DNA of 64,000 nucleotides from contig NC_088798.1 of assembly GCF_011386835.1 (NCBI RefSeq), positions 37,510,001-37,574,000 of the forward strand, given 5' to 3'. This stretch comes from Chrysemys picta bellii. Lineage: Eukaryota. Made by a program: the position numbers and the translations under genes. The notes under the pieces were generated by a model that was not told where the DNA came from, ran no database searches, and saw only the letters and a list, made by a program, of their open reading frames with translations. Positions 49,891-62,880 of the stretch are shown here, in pieces (within the stretch, counting starts at the first letter, position 1; each line of letters opens with the position of its first letter).

Positions 49891-50439
49891 AGCCAATGTG
49901 GAGCTGTCTGATGACAGTTAGTGCACATCTTTCAGCTAACTCAAAGATCCAAATGCAAAACACAAAAACACTTAGGGACATAATGTGCATTTGTGACCTT
50001 CTCCAGAAGACTTGTGGGTCAGTCTGTACAGACATGGATTACACTTTTCTACATATGCCATTTTTCCATGTGTGGCATGTATACACTATATATAGTGTAT
50101 AATATGGAAAATCTTAATTTAATAGGTATTTAAGAAAAAATCATCATAGATTACAAATCTAAGATACACATATTCTTCATTTTTCTTAACTGTTCAGAAC
50201 ATTATGTTGGAGGGAACACGAACAAGTACAAATTGCTTATACATTATTATTTGTATTACAGTAGTGCCCAGAATCCCAATCAGGGCCTTGTACACATACA
50301 AAGCATCAGATCTTATAAAATATGTCAGATATTTGGGCCCTGATCTTGCAATGAGATCTATGCAGACAGACCTGGGTGGTTGCACCAAGCTAGAGTGAGT
50401 CTGAACGATAGTGGTCCATGTACAATATTCTGTTTTTTC

Positions 50440-50560
50440 TTTATTAGTTAATAAATTCTTTGGGAGTAGGAACTGTATCTTCCTGTGTTTGTACAGCCCC
50501 TGGCACAATATGGTCCTGATATTGACATATGTCTTTGGGTACTATTGCAATATAGATGAG
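50440..50560 (+). mobile_element. L2-type 3' tail
   Basis: TTTGGGAGTAGGAACTGT...GTTTGTACAGCCCCTGGCACAAT. Confidence 0.65.
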
Positions 50561-51015
50561 AATGATAGAAATAAATACAACAGCACTACTAGTAATCAGC
50601 CCACTCGTGCAAGCAAGGATAGGGAAAATAGGTAATTTTTTCCTCCTACACCCATGAACTATTCTCTCCCTAAATATTTTTCAGAATAGAGGAGGAACCA
50701 TACTTGGAAGAATTTTCTATCTCTTTGACTTTACCCTACTATTCTCGCTCCCTACAAAACACTGGATGGCTAATTCCAGATTCTACCAAAGACACAGAAG
50801 CATGCAGTGGTATTCTGTCACAGCTCCAGTATGAACAGAAGCAATAACATGCTCTTTCCTATGGGAACATAAGATTATAAATAGTATAAATGAAAGGGGA
50901 TAGTAAGGAGATGGAACCTTGAATAGTCTGGACAGATCAAAAACATCTAGGCCCAGAATTGTTATTCATGCCAACAACAAGTGTTAGAATTCTTATGCTT
51001 TGTTCTCAAATATAG

Positions 51016-51063
51016 TTACAAGTACCAAAAAGGCACAAACATCAATATACTTTTGCAACACAG
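51016..51063 (+). CDS. Candidate 48-nt symmetric exon
   Basis: Acceptor CTTTGTTCTCAAATATAG, consensus donor CAG|GTGAGT; all three frames open. Confidence 0.3.
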
Positions 51064-52485
51064 GTGAGTAACAGGAAAAGAAGGGTGAAGGATTTTTGTT
51101 ATAATTTTAAAATTGTAAACTCAGAGGCTTTTTGCAATGGTTATCAAAGGCTTCCTTTTTTGTGCTTGTGCCATATGTCAGCATTTAATATCAACTTTAA
51201 AGGAAAGCATGATTTTAATAATAACTGCTGAGGATTTTGATGTGTTCAAATTCCAGTGTGATACATTACTTTGAGGTTCTTCATATTCTGTAATTCCCCA
51301 TGGCTGTGAATTTAGAGCACCTATCTGAGTCCAGTATATAGTATCTGACATGGAGAGGGCCCCTCTCAGTATACAGGTTTCATGAATATTATTTTATAAA
51401 TAAATGTAGCATTGTGCCTAACATCAGAAATCTGTAGAGAAACACAAGCTAGTATTAATTACAGTTTTATGTTTTTAATTATCATATTTGTTTTCAAATA
51501 ATAAAAATACCAACCTAAAATTTTCAAATGTAGATGTCTAAAGTTAGGCTCTGAGGGGGAAATTTTCAAAGACACAAATGGAAATTAGGCAACTACCACT
51601 GACTTTCAATGTTTCCCCTTCCTATTTCATATTTAAATGCCTAGTGAAATCGTGGTTCCATACAATCAATGGGATTTTTACCACTGACTTCAATGGAGCC
51701 ATTACATCATACCTAAAAAAGTGGCCTGATTTTTAGAGGCACTTTATACTTGCAACTCCCATTGATATTAAGGGAAGTAGTGGGTAAGAATTAGGCCATT
51801 TATTTAGGTGGCTACATTTGGAGTTAGATGCCTAAGTTTAAGCATCCAGTTTTGAAAATGTTGGACCCTAGCCCATACTATTAAAAACTCTCTGGAAAGG
51901 AAACTACTGTACTTGAACTGATCAGACTGGAAAAGCATTTGCCAAAATAGAATGTTGGGTAAGACCTAGTCATCACAGGCTTTTCCACAGCTATGATGAT
52001 AATGAGACTGTTCAGAGGACCAGATAGCCCCAGGTCACCAGACTTCCTTTACATGGTGGGCTGACCCATCAAGCTCGGCTGAGCCAACAGAATCCTTTTA
52101 CTCTGTATGTACCAGGAGGACTCCTATGGGCAGTTCTGGAGGCCAGGAGCAGAGACTGGAGGATTTATGCTAATCAAAACTCACTTTAATCTTTAATATC
52201 CTTCTGTAAGGATTATAAAATCCTCTCTTGTATACATTTTTAATCCTGAGGAACTGATTCTGACCCACAGTCAGTGGCCACAGAACAAATTGGTATCTAA
52301 TCCATCTAGAGGCTGGCTTTTTTTTCCCATGCCAACAAATCTTAGCCAAGCTCATGCTTTGAGCCAGCAACACACTCAAATAATGCAATTTAGAGGAAAA
52401 TCTTACCTTGGTCAGTCTGGGATCTTTTAGTCTATGGTCAGTATTAATTTAATATTTTCAAACTTAGAGTCTCTTAAGACTGTAC

Positions 52486-52614
52486 CTTCATGGCACTTGG
52501 CTTCCTGCCAACCAGCAGTGAGAAGATCCTCTCTCCCATATAGATATCAAAAGACTCTTTGCCCACGGTGAATGAAGTCATTCTGTTGCCATCACTAGTG
52601 GCCAAGCATTTATG
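52486..52614 (-). CDS. Candidate 129-nt symmetric exon
   Basis: Pyrimidine tract with CTAAC then AAG acceptor, donor AAG|GTACAG; HKCLATSDGNRMTSFTVGKESFDIYMGERIFSLLVGRKPSAMK; unrecognised. Confidence 0.22.
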
Positions 52615-53245
52615 CTTGTTAGTAGGCAGCAAATAGAGGAACCAGGAGAGTTGGAACGATCAGAGTAGAAAGCCTGAACCAGTTGACTTGAAGCAGTTGT
52701 CAGAACACAATGCTGTTATCTGAACTGGGGACTGAATTGGTAGAACAGGCATTAAGCTGCAGAAGCATGACAAAAAAAATTGAGGGAGTGCTGATTATGA
52801 TTTGTAGAAAGTCTCATTTCCCACTGCTTTGAAAAGCAGTTACTCACATGAGTAGCATCAGTGGCACTAATGGGATTTTTCATGTGAGTAACTGCTCTCC
52901 AATGTTAATAAGTGATTCACAATCTGGCCCCTTGACTGCTTTGTAAATCTCACCCACTAGTATTTTTATAGTAGGTACAAGTCCCATTCAACAGGCTGGG
53001 CATAGTTTGTCACAAAATAACTCAGTTTAGCCCCAGTATAAAAGTTCTCTCATGGAAGCATTTCCCTGAATATGGCCAGTGACTGCATTTGTAGAGAGCA
53101 ATAAAGTCTTCTGGATACACCAAAATAATTTAAAATATACCACATGTACTAAATTGTCTTTTTACAATAATTGCATGAAGGAAATATAAATACATTTGAG
53201 AAAGTCAGAAATGGATGCCAAGGTAAATGTAGCAATTAACAGCAT

Positions 53246-53638
53246 TAGAGCTGGTCAGAAATTCTTCAATGGAATGTTTTTCCATTAAAAAAATGCAGAT
53301 TAGTCAAAACTGAATAACTTTTTAAAGGAAAGGGGCAGTTTAATTGAATTTCCCATTTTGAAAAAAGTTTCAGAAATTGTAGACAATATAAAAATGGGAT
53401 GTTTCTATTTTGGGGGGGGTCAAAACAACATTTCATTTCTAAATTTAAGTTAATGTATAGTAAAAAAAAATTAAAACGTCAAAATAAAAAAGTTTCAAAA
53501 TTTTGAAAAGAGAAACATTTCAATTTTTTCAGATTTTTTGTATGCCAAAGTTTGAATATTGACATTTCATCCTACTTTGGGACAGGAAAATTTCTTGAAA
53601 TCTCTAAAATTTTCATTGGAAGGGACAACCCAGCTCTA
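53246..53638. mobile_element. AT-rich TIR element (TAGAGCTGG termini), hAT-like
   Basis: TAGAGCTGG...CCAGCTCTA; TSD AACAGCAT/AATAGCTT (6/8). Confidence 0.7.
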
Positions 53639-53769
53639 AATAGCTTGACTTTTATTCAAAATTGCTCAACCTTGTTTCAGTAGTGTACAAAATCATTCTA
53701 TCCTGCTAGTGCACCACTGAGTTAATACAATATCCACAAATAGCATGATCTGTGTAGAGGGAAAAATTA

Positions 53770-53957
53770 CACCTCTACCCCGACATAACATGACCCGATA
53801 TAACACAAATTCTGATAAAACGCAGTAAAGCAGTGCTCCGGGTGGGCGGGGCTGTGCACTCCGGCGGATCAAAGCAAGTTAGATAGAACACGGTTTCACC
53901 TATAACGTGGTAAGATTTTTTGGCTCCCGAGGACAGCGTTATGTCGAGGTAGAGGTG
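53770..53957. mobile_element. Tc1/mariner (pogo/Tigger-like) MITE, 188 bp
   Basis: 20-bp TIR CACCTCTACCCCGACATAAC (19/20); TA on both flanks. Confidence 0.9.
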
Positions 53958-55603
53958 TACTATGAAAAAAGAATTGTTTAGTTTCCAACAGGTCATTTGG
54001 CTATGGAATATCTTATCCACAACACACAATCTAAATTACTTCCCTTTTGTTGGTGTGTAAAACGCTAGAGAAAAGCTGACAGAAAACAACAAACAGGCTA
54101 AGTGTATGGCAGCTAGGAAGGAAATTTCTATTCCATATCCAATGCATTTGGCAGGCAGCTATTTGGAACACAAATATTAGCTAGCAATTAGATGGGAAAC
54201 CTAGGAAATGTTCTGGTGGCAAGCAGAATCCTTTTAGGTCAGATCGACCCCATGGCATTCTTTTCTCAGCCCCATCATCCATTTCTAAAAACTTTTATGT
54301 TAACATTTCCCTGTGCTGTTTTCTCTTAAGATATCACCCCCTGGAGCTATTTGGAAAAACCTAGCAGATAGATATAGTTAGATTAAAGCTAGGTGGAGGA
54401 ACTATGTTTGGTCTTTGGGATTTTGTGAACAGGTGGAAAAACACACAAAAAGAAAGAGAAATCGGAGAATAAAACAGTCTAAATAGCAAAAAACATATTT
54501 GAGTTTTAAAGCCCTTCCGTTTCAAAATGCTAAATTTGATATGTAAAAAATAGGCAGAGAAATTTAGTTTATAGAAATATGAGGCCAGTTACTAAAATCC
54601 TTAATCTAGTTTTCACTCAGTCCTTACTCCAGAAAACTCAGCCTGAATTGTTCAGGAAGAGTTTTCCTGAGTGAAAACTGAACAAAGCTTTTCAGGATTA
54701 AGCCTATGGATTTTTAATTTAACTGGATCCCTTTAAATCTAGATTATATCATAATTTGCCCCATAATCCTACAATGCCTTTCCCCCAGCAGCTGTTGCAT
54801 AGAATTGACTGAATTCTTGGGACTATAGTAAACCACCGTAGGTGAGACAGAGGGGCCAGAACTGAGATGGGGGGAAGAGAGTCATTTGCCTGAATTTCAA
54901 GCACTGTTGAACTGGTCCACAGGACCCAACCTCTCAGAGCTGTCCTCTTCCGCACTGGCCTGGCGTCCTCGGCCTATTCAGGTGTAAGGAGCTTCCATGT
55001 CTCTTAGGATCTAGGCCATTTTATTGAAGAGAAGTTTTTCCCTACCCATAGTTATTTCCTTTCCCTCCTGCCCCATCAAAATAGATTCACATACTGGGAG
55101 CTCCTGCACTTGTCAGTGTGCCACCCACAAGGTGTTATACAAGTGGAAACCCTACAGTATTTATAAACTGTGCAAACGCTGCCATTCAGAATATATTTTT
55201 CTGCAGCAGATGTTTTCCTTTCCTCTTGCTTTCATGTTTAGCATGTATCTTTTAAAAAATAAACAAGACAGTTTAAAATGAAAAGATGATAGTGATATAA
55301 TTGCAGCCAGCTGAAGATTAGAAAGAAAGCTTCAGTTAAAAATAAAAATACATTGGAAGGAACAAATGCCCAGCAGTAGGCCTGAGTTTTGGGACTTGGG
55401 CAGCTCCTATCTCTGCTTTCCACTTCAGAAGTGAATGCAATGGTGGGGGCTTTGGGGCCCATTATAGACAGGGAATGCTGAACTGTCCTTGTCTATAGTG
55501 GGCCAAATTGTCAAATATGTGAACAAATGCACCTGAAAAAAAATCTGCGCTTGTACACACAAATTTGTGCATTTACCTCATCCACATACAACTAAGAGAT
55601 TTA

Positions 55604-56324
55604 GGGTATGGCTACACTTGCAAGGTAGAGCATATTAAAGCAGCCCCGGGTGCCCTAACTCACGACCCGTCCACACTGGCAAGGCACTTAGAGTGCCTGG
55701 ACTCTGCAGCTGGAACGCTCCTGGTAATCCACCTCCATGAGAAGATTAACGCTTGGTATGCCCCAGCGTCAGTGTGAATGAGATGTTGTATTACTGCGCT
55801 CTGATCAGCCTCCGGAAACGTCCCATAATCCCCTTAAGTCAAGTGGCCACTCTTGTCATTGTTTTGGAATTGCTGCAGGAATGAGGATATGCCCTTTCAA
55901 AGCTCCGTTTCTGACCGCCGGCATGCTTATCTGCTACGAGACAAAGAAAGACATTACTGTGGAATGCTGTGTGTGAGAGAGAGAGGCGGGGGGGGGGGGC
56001 GGGGTGCTGAACTTACAAGACAGTACACTGACATGCTCTCAGCCCCCCAAAAATCACTCTTTCTCCCCCCACATACACACAACACACTCCCTGTCACACT
56101 CCACCCCACCCCACCCCCATTTGAAAAGCATATTGCAGCCACTTGTATGCTGGGATAGCTACCACAATGCACTGCTCTCTGTGGCCATTGCCAGAGCTGT
56201 TAATATGGCCACGCCAGTGCACTTGCAGCTGTCAGTGTGGACAGACAGCAGCGCTTTCCCTACTGCGCTCTACAAAGGCTGGTTTAACTCAAAGCGCTCT
56301 ACATCTGCAAGTGTAGCCATGCCC
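55604..56324. mobile_element. PIF/Harbinger-like non-autonomous element, 721 bp
   Basis: TIR GGGTATGGCTACACTTGCA/TGCAAGTGTAGCCATGCCC (18/19); perfect 3-bp TSD TTA. Confidence 0.88.
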
Positions 56325-58354
56325 TTAGTGGGTGTCTGTTTGTATCCATATTTGAAAATGTGGTCACATATGTTCCTCCTGATCACTACTTGTTCATCCT
56401 TTATTTATTTTGGTGTTATTTTCACCATTCATTCTGAATGTTTTAAAAGATCATGAAATTTATTGGATGCACTTTAGTGCTCATGGTATGTCATGGAGAC
56501 ACATTGACATTGTTTGTATTAGTCAGGCATAATACAGTTAAAGTCATTAGCTATTTCCATATACATTTCTATCAATACTCCTCCTGCAAAATTGTTCCTT
56601 TTCAGTCCAGAACTCTCCAACATCTAAGACTTCTGTTATTTCTCAATATGGCTAAGATATCTGTTAGAACAACTATATCCATTAAAAATTAGACAAGAAT
56701 GACCAAAACTGTTTTTAATAGGGGTCTGCTGTCAAATTAGTCGCCAGTGTAATCCCATTGACTTCAGTGGCATTTACAGTCAGGGATAAATTTAGCCCCT
56801 TGTCTTCAAAGATAAGTCTAGTGCATCAAGCCATTGTTTTACTTAACTTTCCCACAAAGAAATATTAAAGGGGATGAACGGTTTCATCTAAGAACAACAA
56901 CAGTTTAAAAATGAGCCTTGAGGGGGGAAATGTAGGAAAAAAATCTAGGTGATATATGTTCATAGTGAAAACCACTGGAAAAAATTCATTCCTACTGCTA
57001 ATTCACTGAACTCAATGATGATATTATTTGGTGTTTAATTTTTAATTAGAATGTTACTGAAGCTTTTGAGTGATAAAAAGAACAGAAGTTCACGGAGTAA
57101 ACAAGTTATGTTGAAAAAGTAGCATCTGACATGCAAATAAAGAATAAGACCAACATTCGATGAATATATAATGTAATCATTTGGAAGGCCTAAATCAATG
57201 GGAGTTGGAGCATGTGCATAATTATGAGGGCAATAAGTAGCAATTCATCCAGCTGTGGGAACATGTACTAGACATTATTTGAATTTATGAAAAATATAAG
57301 GGAGAGAAAAAAAGATAGTTATTCATCACAGATTTCCAATACCACTAGCCACCACATAATCATACAATGCCTGAAGTCAGAAGACAGCCAAACCAAGAAT
57401 CAGGTATTTGGAATTTAATTTTAAAAAGAGATTTGTTAAATGAAATTATGCATCTATAATGTTATAAGCTATTTTGAGCAAAAAGGATTAGTCATTTCTT
57501 ACAGGGCAGAATCCCTGGTTTTGCTTTTCTAGCTCATTAATATTATTTTATTTGCTGCAAGTTCCGTTCCCAGAATCCATTTCCCCCCCACCCATCCATT
57601 TCACAAGGCTATGAAGAGTAGCACAGCTGTATTTTTGTCCAGTTCAGTAGTTAATAGCAACTCAGTTCTTTTCAAAACTGTACCTCAAAGGAAGCTGTGA
57701 TAGAACATTCCTAGAGCATACAGATAAATGTAACCTTGCCCATACCACATTTTCAACACTCATCCTTCTAATTCTCCGAGGCAATGTAATTGTGATGGGA
57801 TCCAATAGTGTTGGGATTCCATCCATAAAATGTGAACTTGTTATAACATAGGACATAAAAGCATTTATAGTCAGAGCTCCTGAAGATAAAGCCTCTACAT
57901 TTTATTTGATTTAAATGCTACTTTACATGCTGATATGCCACATTCATGAGGAATGCAGGAACATGAGGGAAATATATCAACAGTCACAACTAAATTGCTT
58001 TGGACAAATCTGCTAGCCCTATTATATTATACAGTAGATCACATTTCATTATAAGATGCTATAATTACAGTTTAGTTACATTACAGATACAGTAAAATCA
58101 GACATTTTTCTTTTCCATATGTAATTACCATTAATTCATATAACCTGAATTTACATGTTATGTAATGTATACACTATTTCCTTCATACCCCTTTGGTGTC
58201 CTACTAAATACAAATATTAATAGACTCTTCTAGGTATACTAAATACACTCTATGTCCACTGTAAATATCTGTCATTTAGAGCCGGATCTAAAGCCCATTG
58301 AAATCAGAGGAAGTTGTATAAACACAGTGGGATTGTGACACAACTAAAGCTCCT

Positions 58355-58953
58355 TGTAGCAGGGTGGTCCCCCGCTCTTGCCCTGAAGGGCTTAAAACAG
58401 CCAGGGAGCAGGGCTGGGGCAAAGGAAAAGCTACAAGGCTGATTGGGGAAGCAGCCGCAGCTGGGCCACGCCCCAATCAGGCCTCAGCTGACCTGTATAA
58501 AAAGGCTGGGAGCCAGGCACTTAACAGTCTCTTTCTGCCTTCAGAGAGAGAAGGGCTTGGCTGCAGCAAGCTAGAGATAGGGTACCTGAGCAGGGCTGGG
58601 GAGCTCCAGCCTAGAAAGCCCCAGGCTATGGCCCAGCGGAAGGCCCAGGGCTAGGCCAAGGCAGCAGGTCCAAACCCAGCCTTACTTGTGATGAGTAGCC
58701 TATACTGCAGTCTGCCCCAGGGAGTGGGGACTAGGTGGGGATAGTGGGTGGGGGTTTTCCCAGGGAGGGGAGACCCTAGTACTGAGGGGTGTACTGCCAG
58801 GGGACAGCACCCCAGATATAAGGGCACTGGGGTCTGGGAGGGACATGGGGGCCAGAGGACAAGCAGATTACTAGCCTGCAGGGGGTGCTCCAGGATGCTG
58901 GAAGAGCTAATTCCCGGAAGAGACCAGCAGGAGGTGCCGCAGGGGTGAGTCCA
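58355..58953 (+). mobile_element. Solo LTR (599 bp)
   Basis: TG...CA bounded by the 5-bp direct repeat CTCCT; contains CCAAT boxes, a GC box and TATAAAA at about 58496. Confidence 0.7.
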
Positions 58954-59098
58954 CTCCTATATTATAAAGTGTGACTTAAGTTCTAACACAGCAAATAAGC
59001 TGTTTGAGTATAGGTCTGCCCACTCTAACCTTAGCTCCTGGGTGCTCTTGTCTTTAAAGACTTTTTTGCTATAGGTTTTGTAAGATGTTAGTTTACAA

Positions 59099-59287
59099 CA
59101 GGGGTTCAAGAAGTCATTACATGGGGGGGGTTGTGAGCTGTCAACCTCCACCTCAAACCCCGCTTGCCTCCAGCATTTATAATGGTGTTAAATATATTAA
59201 ACAGTGTGTTTAACTTATTAGGGGGGCTGCATTCAGAGGCTTGCAATGCGAAAGGGGTTGTCAGTAAAAAAAGTTTGAGACCCACTG
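59099..59287. mobile_element. hAT-type MITE, internally deleted
   Basis: CAGGGGTTC...AAGTTTGAGACCCACTG; TSD GTTTACAA/GTTTATAA (7/8). Confidence 0.75.
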
Positions 59288-60290
59288 GTTTATAATACAT
59301 AAACAACAACATTATGACTTACACAGCATCTTCATGGTCTGCCAAGGTGGTCAGGGAACAAACTAGTAATTCAAAATACCAGATAGCGATAGAGGCAATA
59401 AAATTACTTTTATAAAAACAAATAAAAGCCTCATCATCACCACAATAAGTTGCAGGAAAAAAATGTTTCTGGTTCATGTGTGTAAGGGTTTGCTCCGCAA
59501 AGACAAGAGTCAGAGTTTACATATAACAGGCTCTAGTGAAACAGGAGTAATGCAAAACCTGAGAAGAGGTGTTATAATGAAGTCTCTGGTATTTTATCTC
59601 TCTCTATAGAATTACCTCATGGTAAAGGCTAGACAACAAAAGTGCACATCTGCCAAGCCTCTCCTGAGTATTTTAGTGAGGATGCCTGTTTCAGAGCTTT
59701 TAACAAATTTGGAATGTACATGTTCCATTCATATATTAAGCATAACATGCCCATTAAATTTCAGAAAATGTATTTCTGCTTAAGTTACCAAAATAAAAAC
59801 AGAGATGCACTATACAAAACTGACCCCTGAAGTCTTAGTCACTCCACTTTCTTTTGGGTAATAAAGACAGAAGATGAAGCCACTTACCAGCTGCATAGCA
59901 ACTGTCTATCCTACATTTTTTTAATTGTTTTATTTAAGTGAAATAAAATAGTGGGAGAGACAATACAGTACAATGGAAACCAAAAGTTCTGGTTGCAATC
60001 TTTGGAATAGATTCCCACAGGCTAAAATCTTTAGTGGGGTCTTTCTGGGGGTAAAAGCCTTCAGTAATCTCTGTCAGACAGACAACCTCCCAAGACTTCT
60101 CCACTGTTCAGTCTCAGCCAGTGCATCAGCAATTGAAAATCATTTGCTTTTCTCATACCTAGCAGGGTGCTGCTGATCTGATGGGACATACAAAGCTACA
60201 GATCTGATTATAGGCCCTTTGTACCAAATGACTAACGTGTTTGTGCGCATGCACAGCCTCGTGCAAGGCAATTAGGAAATAAGTCCCTGT

Positions 60291-60955
60291 TAGGGCAGGT
60301 CAAAGTTTTTCCAACAGAATGTTTTTCCTTTAGAAAGTGCTGATTTGACAAAATAGTGTTCCAGGGACATGTATCAATTTTTCATCAAATTATCAAGATA
60401 TTTTACTTTAATAAAGTTGAATTGTTTTATTTCATCTTTAGCATTTATAATAATGCAAAAGTTAGTGTCCAATTCATAATATGACATATATTTGGTAGAA
60501 TGGGAAAATATAAAAATAATGACATTTCAATAGGAAACTACCAATTTACCTAATCAATTATCAAACCAATTACCAGGAAGAACTATTACAAGTGACCAAC
60601 TAGAATACTATTTAAATGACAATACCAATTACAAAACCAATTATCAAACCAAAAACTATAAATTAGAATATCATTTAACAATTAGCCAATTTCAAAATCA
60701 AGTTATTAGTGTATAAAAATAGAATATAAGAAATGTATCAACTTGACTTTTATATTATAGAATAGTAGAAATCTGAAAAGGAACAGTTTCAACTTCATAG
60801 AAATGAAACTATTCAATAAAGTTATTTCAATTTTTCCAAAATGAAATTTCAGAATTCCATGAGAAATTTCATTTTTTCCTTCTGATATAGAACAAAAACT
60901 ATGACACTTCAGAATATCTAGTGGAAGGGGAGATCAGGGTTCTGACCAGCTCTGA
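60291..60955. mobile_element. AT-rich TIR element related to 53246-53638
   Basis: TAGGGCAGGTCAAA...TTCTGACCAGCTCTG with a similar A/T-tract interior. Confidence 0.5.
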
Positions 60956-61758
60956 CTCAAGATGTTTGTGATCAAAAAAGCAAGCAAGAGGGGAAAAAAA
61001 AATCTTGCTGAACCCACATGAATTGAAAATTGGGGAAAACATGGGTGGTAATACTATATTTTTCCTTATGTCTCCAAAAGAGATTTTTCTACAATGAGAC
61101 AGACCTATTGTGCTGAAGACATACAGCAAAAACAAAGCTGCCTGTTAATGCCCCTCTGAGAAATAGTCTCATGAAGATGCTACTTTAAGGGATCATTCTT
61201 TTACCATGAAGTATCTTCAAAGCACCCAAAAAACAAAACACCACTTTAATAAGCTACCCCTTCTGGACAATGTTAAACTAATTCCTCTTACTTTAGTAGG
61301 TGGGAGGGAAGGTAGTGGTTTCCTTTCAGTAATTTGTACAGAGATCTATGTGGAATCTGAGTATTCAGCAGAATATGAAAGGAATCTCAAAATACTTAAA
61401 TGTGCCTCATTCAGGCAGGTGTAATTTTCCATTTAATCTAATCACTACCAACAATAAAGAACTTAAACCACCATCTTGGTAGTTTTTTCTATTACTACAT
61501 ATGTTATTATCAGGTTGAGTTGCTTATCCATTATATCAGATTACAAAAGACGACACACCAAAGCATGCCATCTGTGGGTCTGGTGTTCAGTTTGTATTGG
61601 TAGTGGAGATGCTACAGAAAATGAATCCAGGTTTATTCCTCAATACTATAGAAAATAAGTAGGTAAACAATTGTGCAAGATGCTGAATTACCTCAACTCT
61701 GCTGGGCCCAATCCTGCAAGCCACTGCACACCTGTTAGTGGCTCAGGCCTCATTTCTT

Positions 61759-62880
61759 GGGCCTGGATCCACAAAGGTACTTTGCCACCTAACTCCCCAG
61801 ACTCAGGTGCCAAAGTTCAAGTTTTATGGTGCAATTCATAAAACTCCCACCAAACCCTTCAGGCACCTAATTAATTTTTTGCAGTTAAAGCTCCAGAAGT
61901 GCCTAAGTTTCCATCTCTGAACATGTGCACTATTGCCTGCTAGGCACCAGGGCTTCTCTCTCTGCCAGAGCAATCTATGAAGCAGAGGGAAGATAGACTC
62001 TCTTCTGCCACTCTCACGTGTGGGGTCTGAACTGGTAGGTGTATGCGGAGGCTGCCTAACGCTACATAAACCAGGCAGAAGTGGGGCTTTACACTCAAAC
62101 TCACCCAGGATATGAGAAACCACATGTTCAAGTCCCTTCTCTGCCTGTGGACAAGTTGAACAGGGATCTGCCACCTCTCAGATGAGTGCCCTAAGCACTA
62201 GGCCATGGAATATTCTGATGTGGTCCTCCCTAATCTTGCCTACTGCAGTTGTTTCACCTCAGTTAATTATTTAACTATTAAGTGGGCCAGAGGGGAAAAT
62301 GAGTGACTCCACAGTGTAATGGCTAGAGCACTCAGCAGAGAGGTGGCTGATCTGTGTTCAGATCCCTTCTCATCGGGCAGAGCGGGGACTTGAACAGGTG
62401 ATGTCCTACAGCCTGGGTGAATGCTCTAACCACAGGGCTAAAGATAAGAAAAGGCCACCTCCCCCTTTTGTATAGATCTAGGTGGCCTCTGTACATGACT
62501 ACTGGATTCAGCACTACCTGAGTTAGTAGACGAGCACCTGATCTCCCCCACTTCATAAAACACTAGCAGAGACAGGCTCCTCCCTGAAGCCTGGACTTCA
62601 GCACCTATTCCTGTGAAAGGAGTAGGGCTTAAGACACACCCCTCTTACCACCATCCCCTATTGTCTAGAATAGATGAGTCCCCCTAGCATGCTGGCTTTG
62701 TGGATCACATTCTAAGATGCCTATCCCCTTCCCCGCCTCCCCATTCATTATGTAGAAGTCGAGGCTCCTAACTCAGGCTTTGTGGATTGCAGTGTTGTTT
62801 CTGGTGATTTTACATGGACCTAAAAGTTCGGTGCCACAATGCTCAGTGTCTCAACCTCTAAGTCTCTTTCAGGATCTGGG
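61759..62880. mobile_element. Unclassified ~1.1-kb TIR-type repeat with recurring GGCACCTAA-like motifs
   Basis: GGATCCACAAAGGTACTT at the left versus AAGTCTCTTTCAGGATCT at the right; internal repeats of GAGTGCCCTAA/CTCTAACCAC. Confidence 0.5.

Noticed and set aside
50556-50631. Plus-strand exon candidate (DENDRNKY...)
   Set aside because: Its acceptor derives from an L2 3' tail and lacks a real polypyrimidine tract.
52407-52431. 25-nt minus-strand exon candidate with a strong donor
   Set aside because: The acceptor is weak, and it would need a 54-nt intron after the 52486-52614 candidate, which is short for a vertebrate.
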